From IMG/VR virus record IMGVR_UViG_3300045988_122168: a DNA stretch of 64,000 nt; one strand, given 5' to 3'. The position numbers and the translations under genes are program-made. Below, one piece after another: positions 7,242-16,270 of the stretch (position 1 is its first letter; every line of letters starts with the position of its first letter). A model generated the notes under the pieces. It was given only the letters and a program-made list of their open reading frames with translations. It was not told where the DNA came from and made no database searches. The DNA is from a virus.

Positions 7242-7271
7242 TTATTATTAATATACTAAATTTACATTGAA

Positions 7272-7769
7272 ATGAAAATTAAATTGACTATTTTAGACCG
7301 CATGATGTTGTTATCAAACGTCATTGAATCTTTTAATTCACAGAACGGAACGAAAAAAGAAATCGTGATGTGTCAATCCGCCTCCCTCGCCCTAGGGTTG
7401 TCGCCAAAGGATTACGAGGAGTTCGAGATCACTTCTGACGAGAAGAAGGGAACCGTGTCATGGAACAAGAAGGGTCAAGAACCTAGAGATTACGAGTTAC
7501 ATCACATGGTGGTAAGTTTCATCTGTGACGAGATCGTGAAGAAAATGCAAGGTAACAGCCTTAACGGTCCTGTAATGTCATTGTTCGATCGTTTCATGAC
7601 CATGATCGTCGAGAACCCGGAGAAAGGATTGCTTGACCCGGAGACCTTGAAGAAAGTGGAAAAGGAACACGAGGAACTGGAAGACTTGTATAAAACGTTT
7701 AACCCGGCCCCCGTCGATGAGGAATCCAAGGAAGAATCTAAACCGAAAGGACGGCCAAGAAAGAACTAG
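7272..7769 (+). CDS. hypothetical protein between the two fibre genes (165 aa)
   Basis: ATG ORF with an acidic C-terminal part ending in an AT-hook-like KPKGRPRKN. Position suggests a fibre-associated or assembly role, but there is no motif proof. Confidence 0.6.
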   Translation: MKIKLTILDRMMLLSNVIESFNSQNGTKKEIVMCQSASLALGLSPKDYEEFEITSDEKKGTVSWNKKGQEPRDYELHHMVVSFICDEIVKKMQGNSLNGPVMSLFDRFMTMIVENPEKGLLDPETLKKVEKEHEELEDLYKTFNPAPVDEESKEESKPKGRPRKN

Positions 7770-7774
7770 AAAAA

Positions 7775-10700
7775 ATGTCAAAGAAGATTACCCTAGAGAA
7801 CGTGGATTCATCGGAGTTACCGGAAATCCCGGTGATCGGGGAAGTCAAGCAGATAAGGTTCACGCAAGACATGGAGTTGGTCAGCACGCTGGCTGACTCC
7901 GACTTGTTTATGATACAAGCGGGTGCCGACCTTGAAGCTAGACCGAACACGATCACGTTTGATTTAATAATAAAGAATTTATCCGGTCCCATCGAGGAGG
8001 GAAGTAAAAAGTTCGTTACCGGTGACATGATGTTCAAGGTTATCGGGGACATGAATCTTCTTGACACGTGGGACAATACCAACTTGGTTAGTTCCCTGAA
8101 CGCCACGTACGTTAACGTGAGAAGGATAGAGGAAGAGTTACGTCGTGAGATCAACCGTTCCACGGGGAAGGACGAGCAACATGACGAGCAGATAGCTAAC
8201 CTCCGTCAAGACCTCACCTCCACCAACGAGATGTTGAATCAAGAGATCAACAGGTCGGTGGCTAAAGATAACGAGCATGACGAGTTACTGGAAGGGTTGC
8301 GTGATGACGTGGATTCCACTAGCTCCAAGCTAGACGCGGAGATCGACAGGTCAACGACCAAGGACGCCGAGCATGACACCTTGCTCAAGGGGTTACGAGT
8401 GGACGTTAACGCTAACAAGAGCGCCATAGACTCGGAGGTTGCCAGATCGACAGCCCGTGACGAGGCTCATGACGCCGCCATATCAAAGAACGCTAGCGAC
8501 ATCACCACCGAATCCAGCAGGGCGAAAGCGGAAGAGGCGAAGATACGGCAGGAGATGCAAGCCGCCGACACTAACCTTCAAAACGCCATAACCGCCGAGA
8601 CCGAGCGAGCCACGGGCGTCGAGGAAGACCTGCAACGACAGATAACGGACCTTTCAGGATCAACGGACGACAGGCTCGAAGCGCTAGAGGCGTTGTCCCA
8701 CGAGCAAAACACGGACACGGGTACCACGAGCAAGACGTTCGTTATAGACTCCGGTAACACGGGAGCCATGTTGAAAGCGGAAGGTGGGGGATTGTCTACC
8801 CGCACCAAGGGAGACGCCGGTTACGCTAACTTCACCGTGCAGAACCTCGTGATAAAAGGTGACGTCACTCAAGAGGGTGACACTTTCATAACTCAAGCGG
8901 AGAGGGTTGAAGTGCGTGATAACATGATCCTGATTAACGAGGGAGAGACTGGCGCCGGTGTAACGGCAGGTTTCGCCGGTATAGAGGTAGATCGTGGAAC
9001 GGAACAGAACTTCATGTTCGGGTTCAACGAGTCGGACGGGATGTTCAAGATCGGGAAAGAAGGGAACATGTTCGACGTGGCACTTAGACAGCCGGTGGGG
9101 GACATGATTGACGGGATGTTCGCCTCGTGGGACGCCGCCACCAAGACGTTCAAGACCACTAACGTGATACCGTATAACAAATCGTTAGATTTCAAATTTG
9201 ATCCGGAAATCGTTGACGCTACCCTCAAAATGAAGTTTATGGAAGCCGGATTAGGATTATCCATGAGTGGCGATGATTCCATCTTGGCGTTATTACCGGG
9301 TATGCCACAGGATGAAGTCAAGTATTCCTTAATTTCAACTAACACGAATGGTATAATACTTGGAGATTCTAGTGGTTCTAATGACAAGTTTATTCTTGAT
9401 ATAAAAAAACCTTCATTCATTAGTCCCGTCCTTGATAAAAATGTTATCATAGGGGGTAAGAATGCTTATTTCTCGTATTATAGTCACAGTGTGGGGAGTC
9501 CAAACACTATAATCGCTTCTTGTGGAGTTAAAGCACCTTCTTTTTATCGTGCATCAGACAATGCCGAGGTGTTGTACTCTCTTGATCAAGCGAGACTAAC
9601 CGATGGCATGTTCCTGTCATGGGATGCCGATAACAAGAAGGTAGTGACCACGAACAAGGTACCGTATGGCGGGAAATTGTACCTGGCTTTCGATGACGTT
9701 TACATCACTCAAGACGGTAGAAGTATCGAGTTCCATACCAATGATTACTGGTGGAGGGCCAATACTTCATCTTCTAACACGATGTTTTCTTCTAGCTCGG
9801 GGTTGTTCGATTTCTCTGGTAATATTATCGTGAACAACAAGGTTCAAACTACCGCCTCCACCCTCCGCCTGGAGACTACTGGCAAGTGCCTGTCAATAGG
9901 GAATAACGGTACATCCACCCTCGACACCACGTTAAAGGCTAACACGTTCTACCGTTTCTCGGACAGCTCGGAGGTGTTGTACCAGGCTGACCTCAAGAGC
10001 GTGTTAACCGGCAAGGAAACGAACTACGCCCCCACCGTCAAGGCCGTGTCAGATGCCATAGATGCAGTTAACACGGGGACCACTGAATCTCTCAAGAATT
10101 ACTTGAAGTTGAGTGGAGGAACCATGACCGGTTCTATAATTATGAATAATAGTATAGTACTTAAATCTAAAGATAATAATGGTGTTGAAAGAAGATTAAT
10201 CGGTAAATCTATTGAAGGAACAACACATATTGGAGATATTGACGGGAAAGCTCAAATATATACATCAGATACTGATGTGATTCATTTTAGATCAACAGGT
10301 TCATATAAAATACTAGATTCCTACAACCTCCCCGACCCCGCCACCAAGTCAGGGAATAACGCTTTCACTGGAACGAATTCGTTTGTCGCCAACAAGTTCT
10401 CTGTTGGTAGTTTTAAAGTAGATAGAAATAGTAACCTTGAAGTAAATATTCCATATAAAGAAAATGTTACAGCATGGGGAAGGTCATTGTCTTTCATGTA
10501 CAATAGTCTTGAAGATACGAGAGTGACTTTTGGTTCGATGATTTCAGCTACTGCTGCTAATTACGCATATATTGGAATTGGAAGTGTTAGTTATAATAAT
10601 GCACAATACAAGTTTCGTACAGAATCCCTAGATTTAAATACAATATTTAGAATTGATTTTGGTGACGCATCAGCTATTTCAGCTGGTAAATCAACTATTG

Positions 10701-13627
10701 TTTTTGGTAGTAATGTACGTAGCTGTTATGTTAGATCAAATGATACTGATTTAGTACATATCAAGAATAGTAATAGTTACAAGATATGGGACGCTAGCAA
10801 CCTCCCCACCCCCGCTTCCACCTCTGACATACCGGACGTGTCTGACATGGCCAAGAAGAGCGAGGCTAACACCTTCACCGCTCAAAACACCTTCACTGCC
10901 GGACAGTTCAACGTGGGCCCATTTGAAGTGTCAAGTACTGGCCAATTATTGGTAAATATAACAACATCAGGTGGATGGGAAAGATCAATCACGTTTAAAG
11001 CCAATAGTGATAATGCTACTAGTATTCGGATCGGTGGTCATGGAATCGGTAGTACTTCAAACTTTGCATGGATTGGAGTAGGAGACGTGGAATATGATAC
11101 CGCTCAATACAGGTTTTACGGTACGTCAATGAAAGTTCCTTCAGTATGGTCACTAGATGATGCAGATGGAAATTCCTTGATTTGGACACAAAGTACTCAG
11201 TTAGCACATATTGGTCGTGCAACAGGAACTACCAAGATAAGAAGTGGCGCAGTAGATTTGATTCACACCAAGGGAGCAACTGATTACAAGATACTAGATG
11301 AATCCAACTACTCTCAATACTTGCCAACCAACAACAAGTGGACATATGGATTTGTTAATACTTATATTGGAGGATCTAATGCTGATTTCAATACTTTGTT
11401 TGCAGGTCCAGATTCTCCTAAAATATTATTTAATTACTATCGTCCAATTGGTAATAATACTAACGCCCCCACCGGAATGTCATATGGTGCCGTTTTACAA
11501 ATAGATGGCAATTATAATTCCGTTTATAATAATGTAGTACTTCGACCTCAACTCGCCTTTGATATTAATCATAATGTTGAAAATGGAACTCGTTATATGT
11601 GGTTCAGAACCGCCAATAACCTAGGGTATGGTGATTCATCCAATTGGAAGAGAGTAGTGACCGCGGACGAGAACGTGGCTGTGCTGGTGATGGATGCGAA
11701 CACGTATCCATCTATCGCCAGAATAGATGGGACTACCTACAATTGGCTTAGGACGCCAGCCCAAGGACTATTGCCTAACACTCAAGCAACTCTTGATTCG
11801 GGTGGCACCTCATACCTTGGCACCAATGACTGGTCATTTGGTTACGCATCAATACACACCATATACTCTAAAAGGTATATGTTCGGTAATACAGGTGTTG
11901 ATTTTAGATTAGACACTAATAACAAGATAGCCGCCACCATTTCGGGATCGGCACGAGGGATAGAGATAGGTGATTTGCTTGTTTCCAGTAATTACGGTGA
12001 GGATGCGGCAAAAGTACCTACCAACGGTATATTCGCATCAGGTATTATTAAATCATATTCTGGGTTTTCATCTGATTCTAGAATAAATAATCTTAATATT
12101 AGTAAAGCATCAAATGATGCTTTACTAATTTCATCATTTGCTGGAGAAAATGTAATTAATAAACCGGGGGTCGACCCTGTGAGTGGACAGTCAGTTGGTG
12201 ATGGAGTAGCTCTTACCTATTTCTGGGACGGAGATTATGCATTTCAATTAGTTGGGGATATTGATGGTACAGGAATGGCGTATAGAAAATACACTCCTTC
12301 TACTGGAAATTCTACTGATTGGAAGTTCCTAGCTGATACTAAATGGGTTAATACTAAACTAGGTGGATATTTACCTTTGACAGGGGGAATATTATCTGGT
12401 CAATTAATTATCAATTCAATATCTAATTCATTAATATTAAATAACACAAATTCTAGTGAAACTGAATCCTTTATTAAAGTTCAATTAAACGGAACTAGTA
12501 AGGCAGCTATTGGATTCTTGTCTAGCATTGGAAGCTATATATATAACTATGAAAGCAATAAATATTTATTTGTAGGAACTGATGGTGCTTATCTCGGAAA
12601 TACAATTTCAAAAGCAAAACTACTCACTTCAGCAGACCTGTCAGGGTACGCCACGCAAACGTGGGCTAACAGTAAATTTGCCCCATTATCAACATTTAAA
12701 ATATTGAGTGGTTACCCGGCCATAGTTAATGTTGGTAACGAGTTTATATTAACATCTAATCAAAGTGGTATGTATGTTAATTATAGAACTCCTAGCGATA
12801 CAATAATACCAACTACATGGTATTGGAAAAACGGTACATCTACTGGATACGCTAATGGATATTGGGGAAAGCTGTACATGGTGGAAAAACTTGTTGCTAC
12901 CCAAGAATGGGTATCTGGTAGAGGCTACTTGACAAGTATCACCAAATCAATGGTGACTTCGGCTCTAGGGTACACCCCCCCCACCACCAACACCACCTAC
13001 TCTCAAGCTACATCTTCAACGCTAGGTTTGGTGAAGGTAGGCGCTACCGGTTTGGCGTCCAAGAATTACGCCGTGCAGCTTAATTCTAGCGGTCAAATGT
13101 ACGTGGCGGTGCCGTGGACGGATACTAACTCCACTTACAGTGCCGCCACTTCGTCAACTTACGGTCTTGTCAAGATCGGCGCCACGGGACTAGCGTCTAA
13201 AAACTACGCTGTCCAGTTGAATTCTTCCGGGCAGATGTACGTTTCCGTTCCTTGGACAGACACCGACACGAACACTCATTACACGACTAGATTATACGCT
13301 GGGGCATCTGGATCGGCTACTAACGTGGCCATATCTAACCCTTACTTGAAGGTGACTGATGACAACACTTACCGTAATCAGGTAAGGTTCATTGGAGCCG
13401 GGGCCACTTCTATATCAAGTGACGATTCAGGTAACATTACCATAACATCAACGAACACGACGTACGACTTGTCGTCTTACTTGAAAGAAAATGATAATAT
13501 AAGTAAGCTAACAAATGATAGAGCTTATGTTAGGTCAACTTCTACTTTAAGGGTTAATGACATTCAAGTGGTAGAAGGGGCGGCTGGAACAGCCACTGGA
13601 GTTTTATATGTTGTACTAGAAAGTTAA
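7775..13627 (+). CDS. tail fibre protein with coiled-coil and tandem-module architecture (1950 aa)
   Basis: Four tandem ~31-aa coiled-coil repeats (EINRS.GKDEQHDEQI.. type, nt ~8140-8510). About 2.5 tandem ~165-aa modules (NAFTG.N.F, L.VNI, W.RS..F, YA[YW]IG[IV]G, AQY[KR]F, DL[VI]H[IT]K, YKI[WL]D.SN). Two C-terminal 41-aa repeats (ATSST[LY]GLVK[VI]GATGLASKNYAVQLNSSGQMYV.VPWTDT). Confidence 0.7.
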   Translation: MSKKITLENVDSSELPEIPVIGEVKQIRFTQDMELVSTLADSDLFMIQAGADLEARPNTITFDLIIKNLSGPIEEGSKKFVTGDMMFKVIGDMNLLDTWDNTNLVSSLNATYVNVRRIEEELRREINRSTGKDEQHDEQIANLRQDLTSTNEMLNQEINRSVAKDNEHDELLEGLRDDVDSTSSKLDAEIDRSTTKDAEHDTLLKGLRVDVNANKSAIDSEVARSTARDEAHDAAISKNASDITTESSRAKAEEAKIRQEMQAADTNLQNAITAETERATGVEEDLQRQITDLSGSTDDRLEALEALSHEQNTDTGTTSKTFVIDSGNTGAMLKAEGGGLSTRTKGDAGYANFTVQNLVIKGDVTQEGDTFITQAERVEVRDNMILINEGETGAGVTAGFAGIEVDRGTEQNFMFGFNESDGMFKIGKEGNMFDVALRQPVGDMIDGMFASWDAATKTFKTTNVIPYNKSLDFKFDPEIVDATLKMKFMEAGLGLSMSGDDSILALLPGMPQDEVKYSLISTNTNGIILGDSSGSNDKFILDIKKPSFISPVLDKNVIIGGKNAYFSYYSHSVGSPNTIIASCGVKAPSFYRASDNAEVLYSLDQARLTDGMFLSWDADNKKVVTTNKVPYGGKLYLAFDDVYITQDGRSIEFHTNDYWWRANTSSSNTMFSSSSGLFDFSGNIIVNNKVQTTASTLRLETTGKCLSIGNNGTSTLDTTLKANTFYRFSDSSEVLYQADLKSVLTGKETNYAPTVKAVSDAIDAVNTGTTESLKNYLKLSGGTMTGSIIMNNSIVLKSKDNNGVERRLIGKSIEGTTHIGDIDGKAQIYTSDTDVIHFRSTGSYKILDSYNLPDPATKSGNNAFTGTNSFVANKFSVGSFKVDRNSNLEVNIPYKENVTAWGRSLSFMYNSLEDTRVTFGSMISATAANYAYIGIGSVSYNNAQYKFRTESLDLNTIFRIDFGDASAISAGKSTIVFGSNVRSCYVRSNDTDLVHIKNSNSYKIWDASNLPTPASTSDIPDVSDMAKKSEANTFTAQNTFTAGQFNVGPFEVSSTGQLLVNITTSGGWERSITFKANSDNATSIRIGGHGIGSTSNFAWIGVGDVEYDTAQYRFYGTSMKVPSVWSLDDADGNSLIWTQSTQLAHIGRATGTTKIRSGAVDLIHTKGATDYKILDESNYSQYLPTNNKWTYGFVNTYIGGSNADFNTLFAGPDSPKILFNYYRPIGNNTNAPTGMSYGAVLQIDGNYNSVYNNVVLRPQLAFDINHNVENGTRYMWFRTANNLGYGDSSNWKRVVTADENVAVLVMDANTYPSIARIDGTTYNWLRTPAQGLLPNTQATLDSGGTSYLGTNDWSFGYASIHTIYSKRYMFGNTGVDFRLDTNNKIAATISGSARGIEIGDLLVSSNYGEDAAKVPTNGIFASGIIKSYSGFSSDSRINNLNISKASNDALLISSFAGENVINKPGVDPVSGQSVGDGVALTYFWDGDYAFQLVGDIDGTGMAYRKYTPSTGNSTDWKFLADTKWVNTKLGGYLPLTGGILSGQLIINSISNSLILNNTNSSETESFIKVQLNGTSKAAIGFLSSIGSYIYNYESNKYLFVGTDGAYLGNTISKAKLLTSADLSGYATQTWANSKFAPLSTFKILSGYPAIVNVGNEFILTSNQSGMYVNYRTPSDTIIPTTWYWKNGTSTGYANGYWGKLYMVEKLVATQEWVSGRGYLTSITKSMVTSALGYTPPTTNTTYSQATSSTLGLVKVGATGLASKNYAVQLNSSGQMYVAVPWTDTNSTYSAATSSTYGLVKIGATGLASKNYAVQLNSSGQMYVSVPWTDTDTNTHYTTRLYAGASGSATNVAISNPYLKVTDDNTYRNQVRFIGAGATSISSDDSGNITITSTNTTYDLSSYLKENDNISKLTNDRAYVRSTSTLRVNDIQVVEGAAGTATGVLYVVLES

Positions 13628-13629
13628 TT

Positions 13630-14499
13630 ATGGGGCTAATATTAGACAATAAAGGAATATCTTCAATGACCTTTAACGGGAAAAAGGTCAAGGAATGCTG
13701 GTTAAATGGAGTGAAAGTTTGGCCTAATTATCCAGATTTAGACCCTGTAATAGCACAGATAACACTAGATTTAGGAAATATGCCTCTTCATTATTGCAAA
13801 TTTGATGGATATACAACACAAACTCCTTTACTTATTGAGGATGTCTATAATTATGCTACTAAATTTATCAGTACCCCAAATAGTCCTAAATTTGAACAAG
13901 GTCTTGGAGGAAGGAAAGCACTAAAATGCAGTTATGTTGATATTTCTTTAGCTCAATTAGCTAAAGCACAATATAATGTATTTATATCGATGCTGATAAA
14001 ACAAACTACTAAAAATAGTAGTTATTCAGGAGTTTTGGGAGGAACTATATTTGGATTAAATACAGAAGGATTAGGATATGCTTTAGGATGGGGTTCTAGT
14101 ATCCAAGGTAATAAAATATGTGCTGAAAGTTATGCGGGTGGTGGTGCTGCTGCTGCTTATAACACTGTTATGACTACCGATAAATGGTATCATGTTATGG
14201 CGGAATTCAGGTCTCCAATAACTGCAACAGGAGGAGGAACACCAACATCTTATCTTTCTGTAAATGGTTCTTCATTTGTTCAAGCTAATGGAGCAGGTAG
14301 TATAGGCAGTCCATTAGATTATAGTGATTTATCCGTTGCTCAAGGTGACAGTTACATTCATTTAGGCTGTACATGGCAGGGTGGACAAAGATACTTTAAA
14401 GGATTTATTCAAGATTTTGTATTATGGATAGATGATAGGCTTACAGATACTCATGTAGAATTGTTAAAAAATTATTATAGAGAACTTGGAGTATATTAA
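13630..14499 (+). CDS. LamG / concanavalin-A-like lectin-fold protein (289 aa)
   Basis: Pattern typical of LamG-like jelly-roll domains (..WYHVMAEF.., ..YLSVNGSS.., ..YFKGFIQDFVLW). AT-rich gene directly after the fibre gene. By-eye assignment. Confidence 0.45.
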   Translation: MGLILDNKGISSMTFNGKKVKECWLNGVKVWPNYPDLDPVIAQITLDLGNMPLHYCKFDGYTTQTPLLIEDVYNYATKFISTPNSPKFEQGLGGRKALKCSYVDISLAQLAKAQYNVFISMLIKQTTKNSSYSGVLGGTIFGLNTEGLGYALGWGSSIQGNKICAESYAGGGAAAAYNTVMTTDKWYHVMAEFRSPITATGGGTPTSYLSVNGSSFVQANGAGSIGSPLDYSDLSVAQGDSYIHLGCTWQGGQRYFKGFIQDFVLWIDDRLTDTHVELLKNYYRELGVY

Positions 14500-14529
14500 A
14501 TATGAATGGATATTATAACAAATTAATTT

Positions 14530-15006
14530 ATGATGTACATGACAAAAATTTATTACGACAACTGGTTGGCGAGGTTGATACTTTTCAAGGGGTATTCAAC
14601 CATAACGCTAGGTCCTTTCATATTGACGAAAATGAAAGAAGGGCAGTTACCTGATTACGCCATTAACGAGGAACGTATTCACGTTCGTCAATGGAAAGAT
14701 TGTTTCACGATGGGTATGATAATCGCTTACTTCGCTAGTTTCCTTTTCAGCGCCCCCTACCACTGGTACGCGTTCTTGCCGTTCCTCTTGCCTTTCACGT
14801 TGTACTACATCATGTACCTCGTCGAGTGGTTAATATCGTTCATTCACCACGTTATAAAAGACAAGGGGAAAGAGGTTGGAGAATCCAACAGCAAGGCTTA
14901 CTACGCCTCGGCGATGGAGATGGAGGCTAAAGAGAACCGTGATAACATGGATTACTTGAGAACTAGGCCTTTCGGTGCCTTTTTTAGATACTACGGAAAG
15001 ATTTAA
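14530..15006 (+). CDS. multi-pass membrane protein (158 aa), possible holin-like
   Basis: Several hydrophobic segments (ARLILFKGYSTITLGPFIL, MGMIIAYFASFLFSAPY, AFLPFLLPFTLYYIMYLVEWLISFI). Adjacent to a putative wall hydrolase. Confidence 0.55.
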   Translation: MMYMTKIYYDNWLARLILFKGYSTITLGPFILTKMKEGQLPDYAINEERIHVRQWKDCFTMGMIIAYFASFLFSAPYHWYAFLPFLLPFTLYYIMYLVEWLISFIHHVIKDKGKEVGESNSKAYYASAMEMEAKENRDNMDYLRTRPFGAFFRYYGKI

Positions 15007-15010
15007 TTTG

Positions 15011-15018
15011 TATATTTG
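15011..15018 (+). promoter_or_regulatory. -7 promoter box TATATTTG, 4 nt from the ATG at 15023
   Basis: Exact TATATTTG followed by TGAT then ATG. Same box-to-ATG spacing as at tnpB (29583-29590). Confidence 0.4.
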
Positions 15019-15022
15019 TGAT

Positions 15023-15460
15023 ATGGAACACGTTATTAAACATATCAGGAAAGAGTTCTTCGACGATGCCACGGTAGGCAGGATCGAGATTGAGGGAACT
15101 GATTTTTGCTGGGTGCTTGAAGACGCCGTGAGAGACGTGAAGATACCCGGCAAGACGGCTATCCCCGCCCACAAGTACAAGGTTGCCATCACTTACAGCC
15201 CGAAGTACGAGAGAGACATGATCTTGTTGTACAACACTCCGGGACAAACCGTTGACGTTAACGGGATGAAATTCTCCGGCATAAGGGTTCACGGTGGCAA
15301 TGACGTGGATGATACCGATGGATGCCCTCTGGTCGCTTACAACCGTACCGGGGAGAGAACGATACAGGGTCGTGCCGACAGGGACATACAGGCTCTAGTC
15401 GAGAAGTTTATCAAGGATGGTGATGAAGTGTTCTGGGAAATTATAGAAGAAAGGAGTTAG
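15023..15460 (+). CDS. putative cell-wall hydrolase (YkuD-like H..G...G-C motif), tentative
   Basis: ATG 15023 preferred over the track start 14975, which overlaps the upstream gene and precedes the promoter box. IRVHGGNDVDDTDGCPLV resembles the L,D-peptidase active-site signature. Flanked by small membrane proteins. Confidence 0.35.
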   Translation: MEHVIKHIRKEFFDDATVGRIEIEGTDFCWVLEDAVRDVKIPGKTAIPAHKYKVAITYSPKYERDMILLYNTPGQTVDVNGMKFSGIRVHGGNDVDDTDGCPLVAYNRTGERTIQGRADRDIQALVEKFIKDGDEVFWEIIEERS

Positions 15461-15462
15461 TC

Positions 15463-15756
15463 ATGCAAGCTAGCGTCAAGAACTGGAAGAAACCCACCCC
15501 ACGGAAAATAAAGATGATAGGCGACACGTGCGTCTACACCCTTCCCATGTGGCAGGGGTTGATAACCACATCCCCGTTCTCTGACACTTGGAAAATATGG
15601 CTTAACTTCATCATAGGGGCGTTATTAATCATGGCGAAGGCCATAACTAAACTATTTTCTGAAAATGAGCAACTGGATAGACAACGTGACAGGCAACGTT
15701 GCCAAGGCGGTGATGGGGGCGGTAGCACTAGTGGTAACGACAGCTATGGCGACTAG
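15463..15756 (+). CDS. small membrane protein (97 aa)
   Basis: ATG ORF with a central hydrophobic segment (WKIWLNFIIGALLIMAKAI). The low-complexity tail overlaps the next ORF by 92 nt. Confidence 0.45.
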   Translation: MQASVKNWKKPTPRKIKMIGDTCVYTLPMWQGLITTSPFSDTWKIWLNFIIGALLIMAKAITKLFSENEQLDRQRDRQRCQGGDGGGSTSGNDSYGD

Positions 15757-15979
15757 TTTCAACAAGCCGACCAAGGAGTACGTGGACTTCAAGGATAACG
15801 AGATCAGGAAGGAGTTGTTGAACTTGAGGGAAATCCATAACGCCGAGTTCAAGAGTTTAGAACGCACCATAAAACTGGAGATGGACGACCTCCGGAAGAA
15901 TATTGAGGATTGGAGGGAATCGGACAAGTCTAAATACGAGCTTATACTTAAACTTATTGAAAAACAGAATAATAATTAA
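15665..15979 (+). CDS. N-terminally anchored coiled-coil protein (104 aa), spanin-like topology
   Basis: Predicted TM segment (AVMGAVALVVTTAMA) followed by charged helical sequence (KELLNLREIHNAEFKSLERTIKLEMDDLRKNIEDW). Confidence 0.5.
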   Translation: MSNWIDNVTGNVAKAVMGAVALVVTTAMATSFNKPTKEYVDFKDNEIRKELLNLREIHNAEFKSLERTIKLEMDDLRKNIEDWRESDKSKYELILKLIEKQNNN

Positions 15980-15991
15980 AATTGAATTGAA

Positions 15992-16270
15992 ATGAAAAGA
16001 ATCAGGCCGATCAACGATTACGTGATCATCAAGAAGACAGAGCAAGAGATGCGAAAGGTGGGGAGTATATTCATCCCGGAGACGAGAAACGAGATAACAC
16101 GGAAGAGCGAGGTTGTCGCCATGAACGAGGGCAGGGATGACGTGAAGGCGGGAGACATCGTGTTGCACCCCTCCCGTACCGGCACGCCGTTCTTCCTAGG
16201 TGACGACGAGTTCGTTGCCATGCATGACAAGGAGATAATAGCTGTTATAGAAGAAATCGATGAAGAATAA
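15992..16270 (+). CDS. GroES/Cpn10-like co-chaperonin (92 aa)
   Basis: Aligns by eye with GroES along its length: IRPINDYVIIKK (GroES IRPLHDRVIVKR), GSIFIPE loop region, VKAGDIVL, C-terminal EFVAMHDKEIIAVIEE (GroES EVLIMSESDILAIVE). Confidence 0.7.
   Translation: MKRIRPINDYVIIKKTEQEMRKVGSIFIPETRNEITRKSEVVAMNEGRDDVKAGDIVLHPSRTGTPFFLGDDEFVAMHDKEIIAVIEEIDEE

Noticed and set aside
14975-15022. Upstream extensions given by the ORF track: 14975 for the hydrolase-like gene, and likewise 26907, 29680, 17846, 34816, 46557, 47672, 49822, 50988, 55313, 55587 and 63053.
   Set aside because: These use TTG or GTG, or overlap the preceding gene extensively. An in-frame ATG placed at or just after the upstream stop (often ATGA or TGATG coupling, or just behind a TATATTTG box) gives a more economical model.
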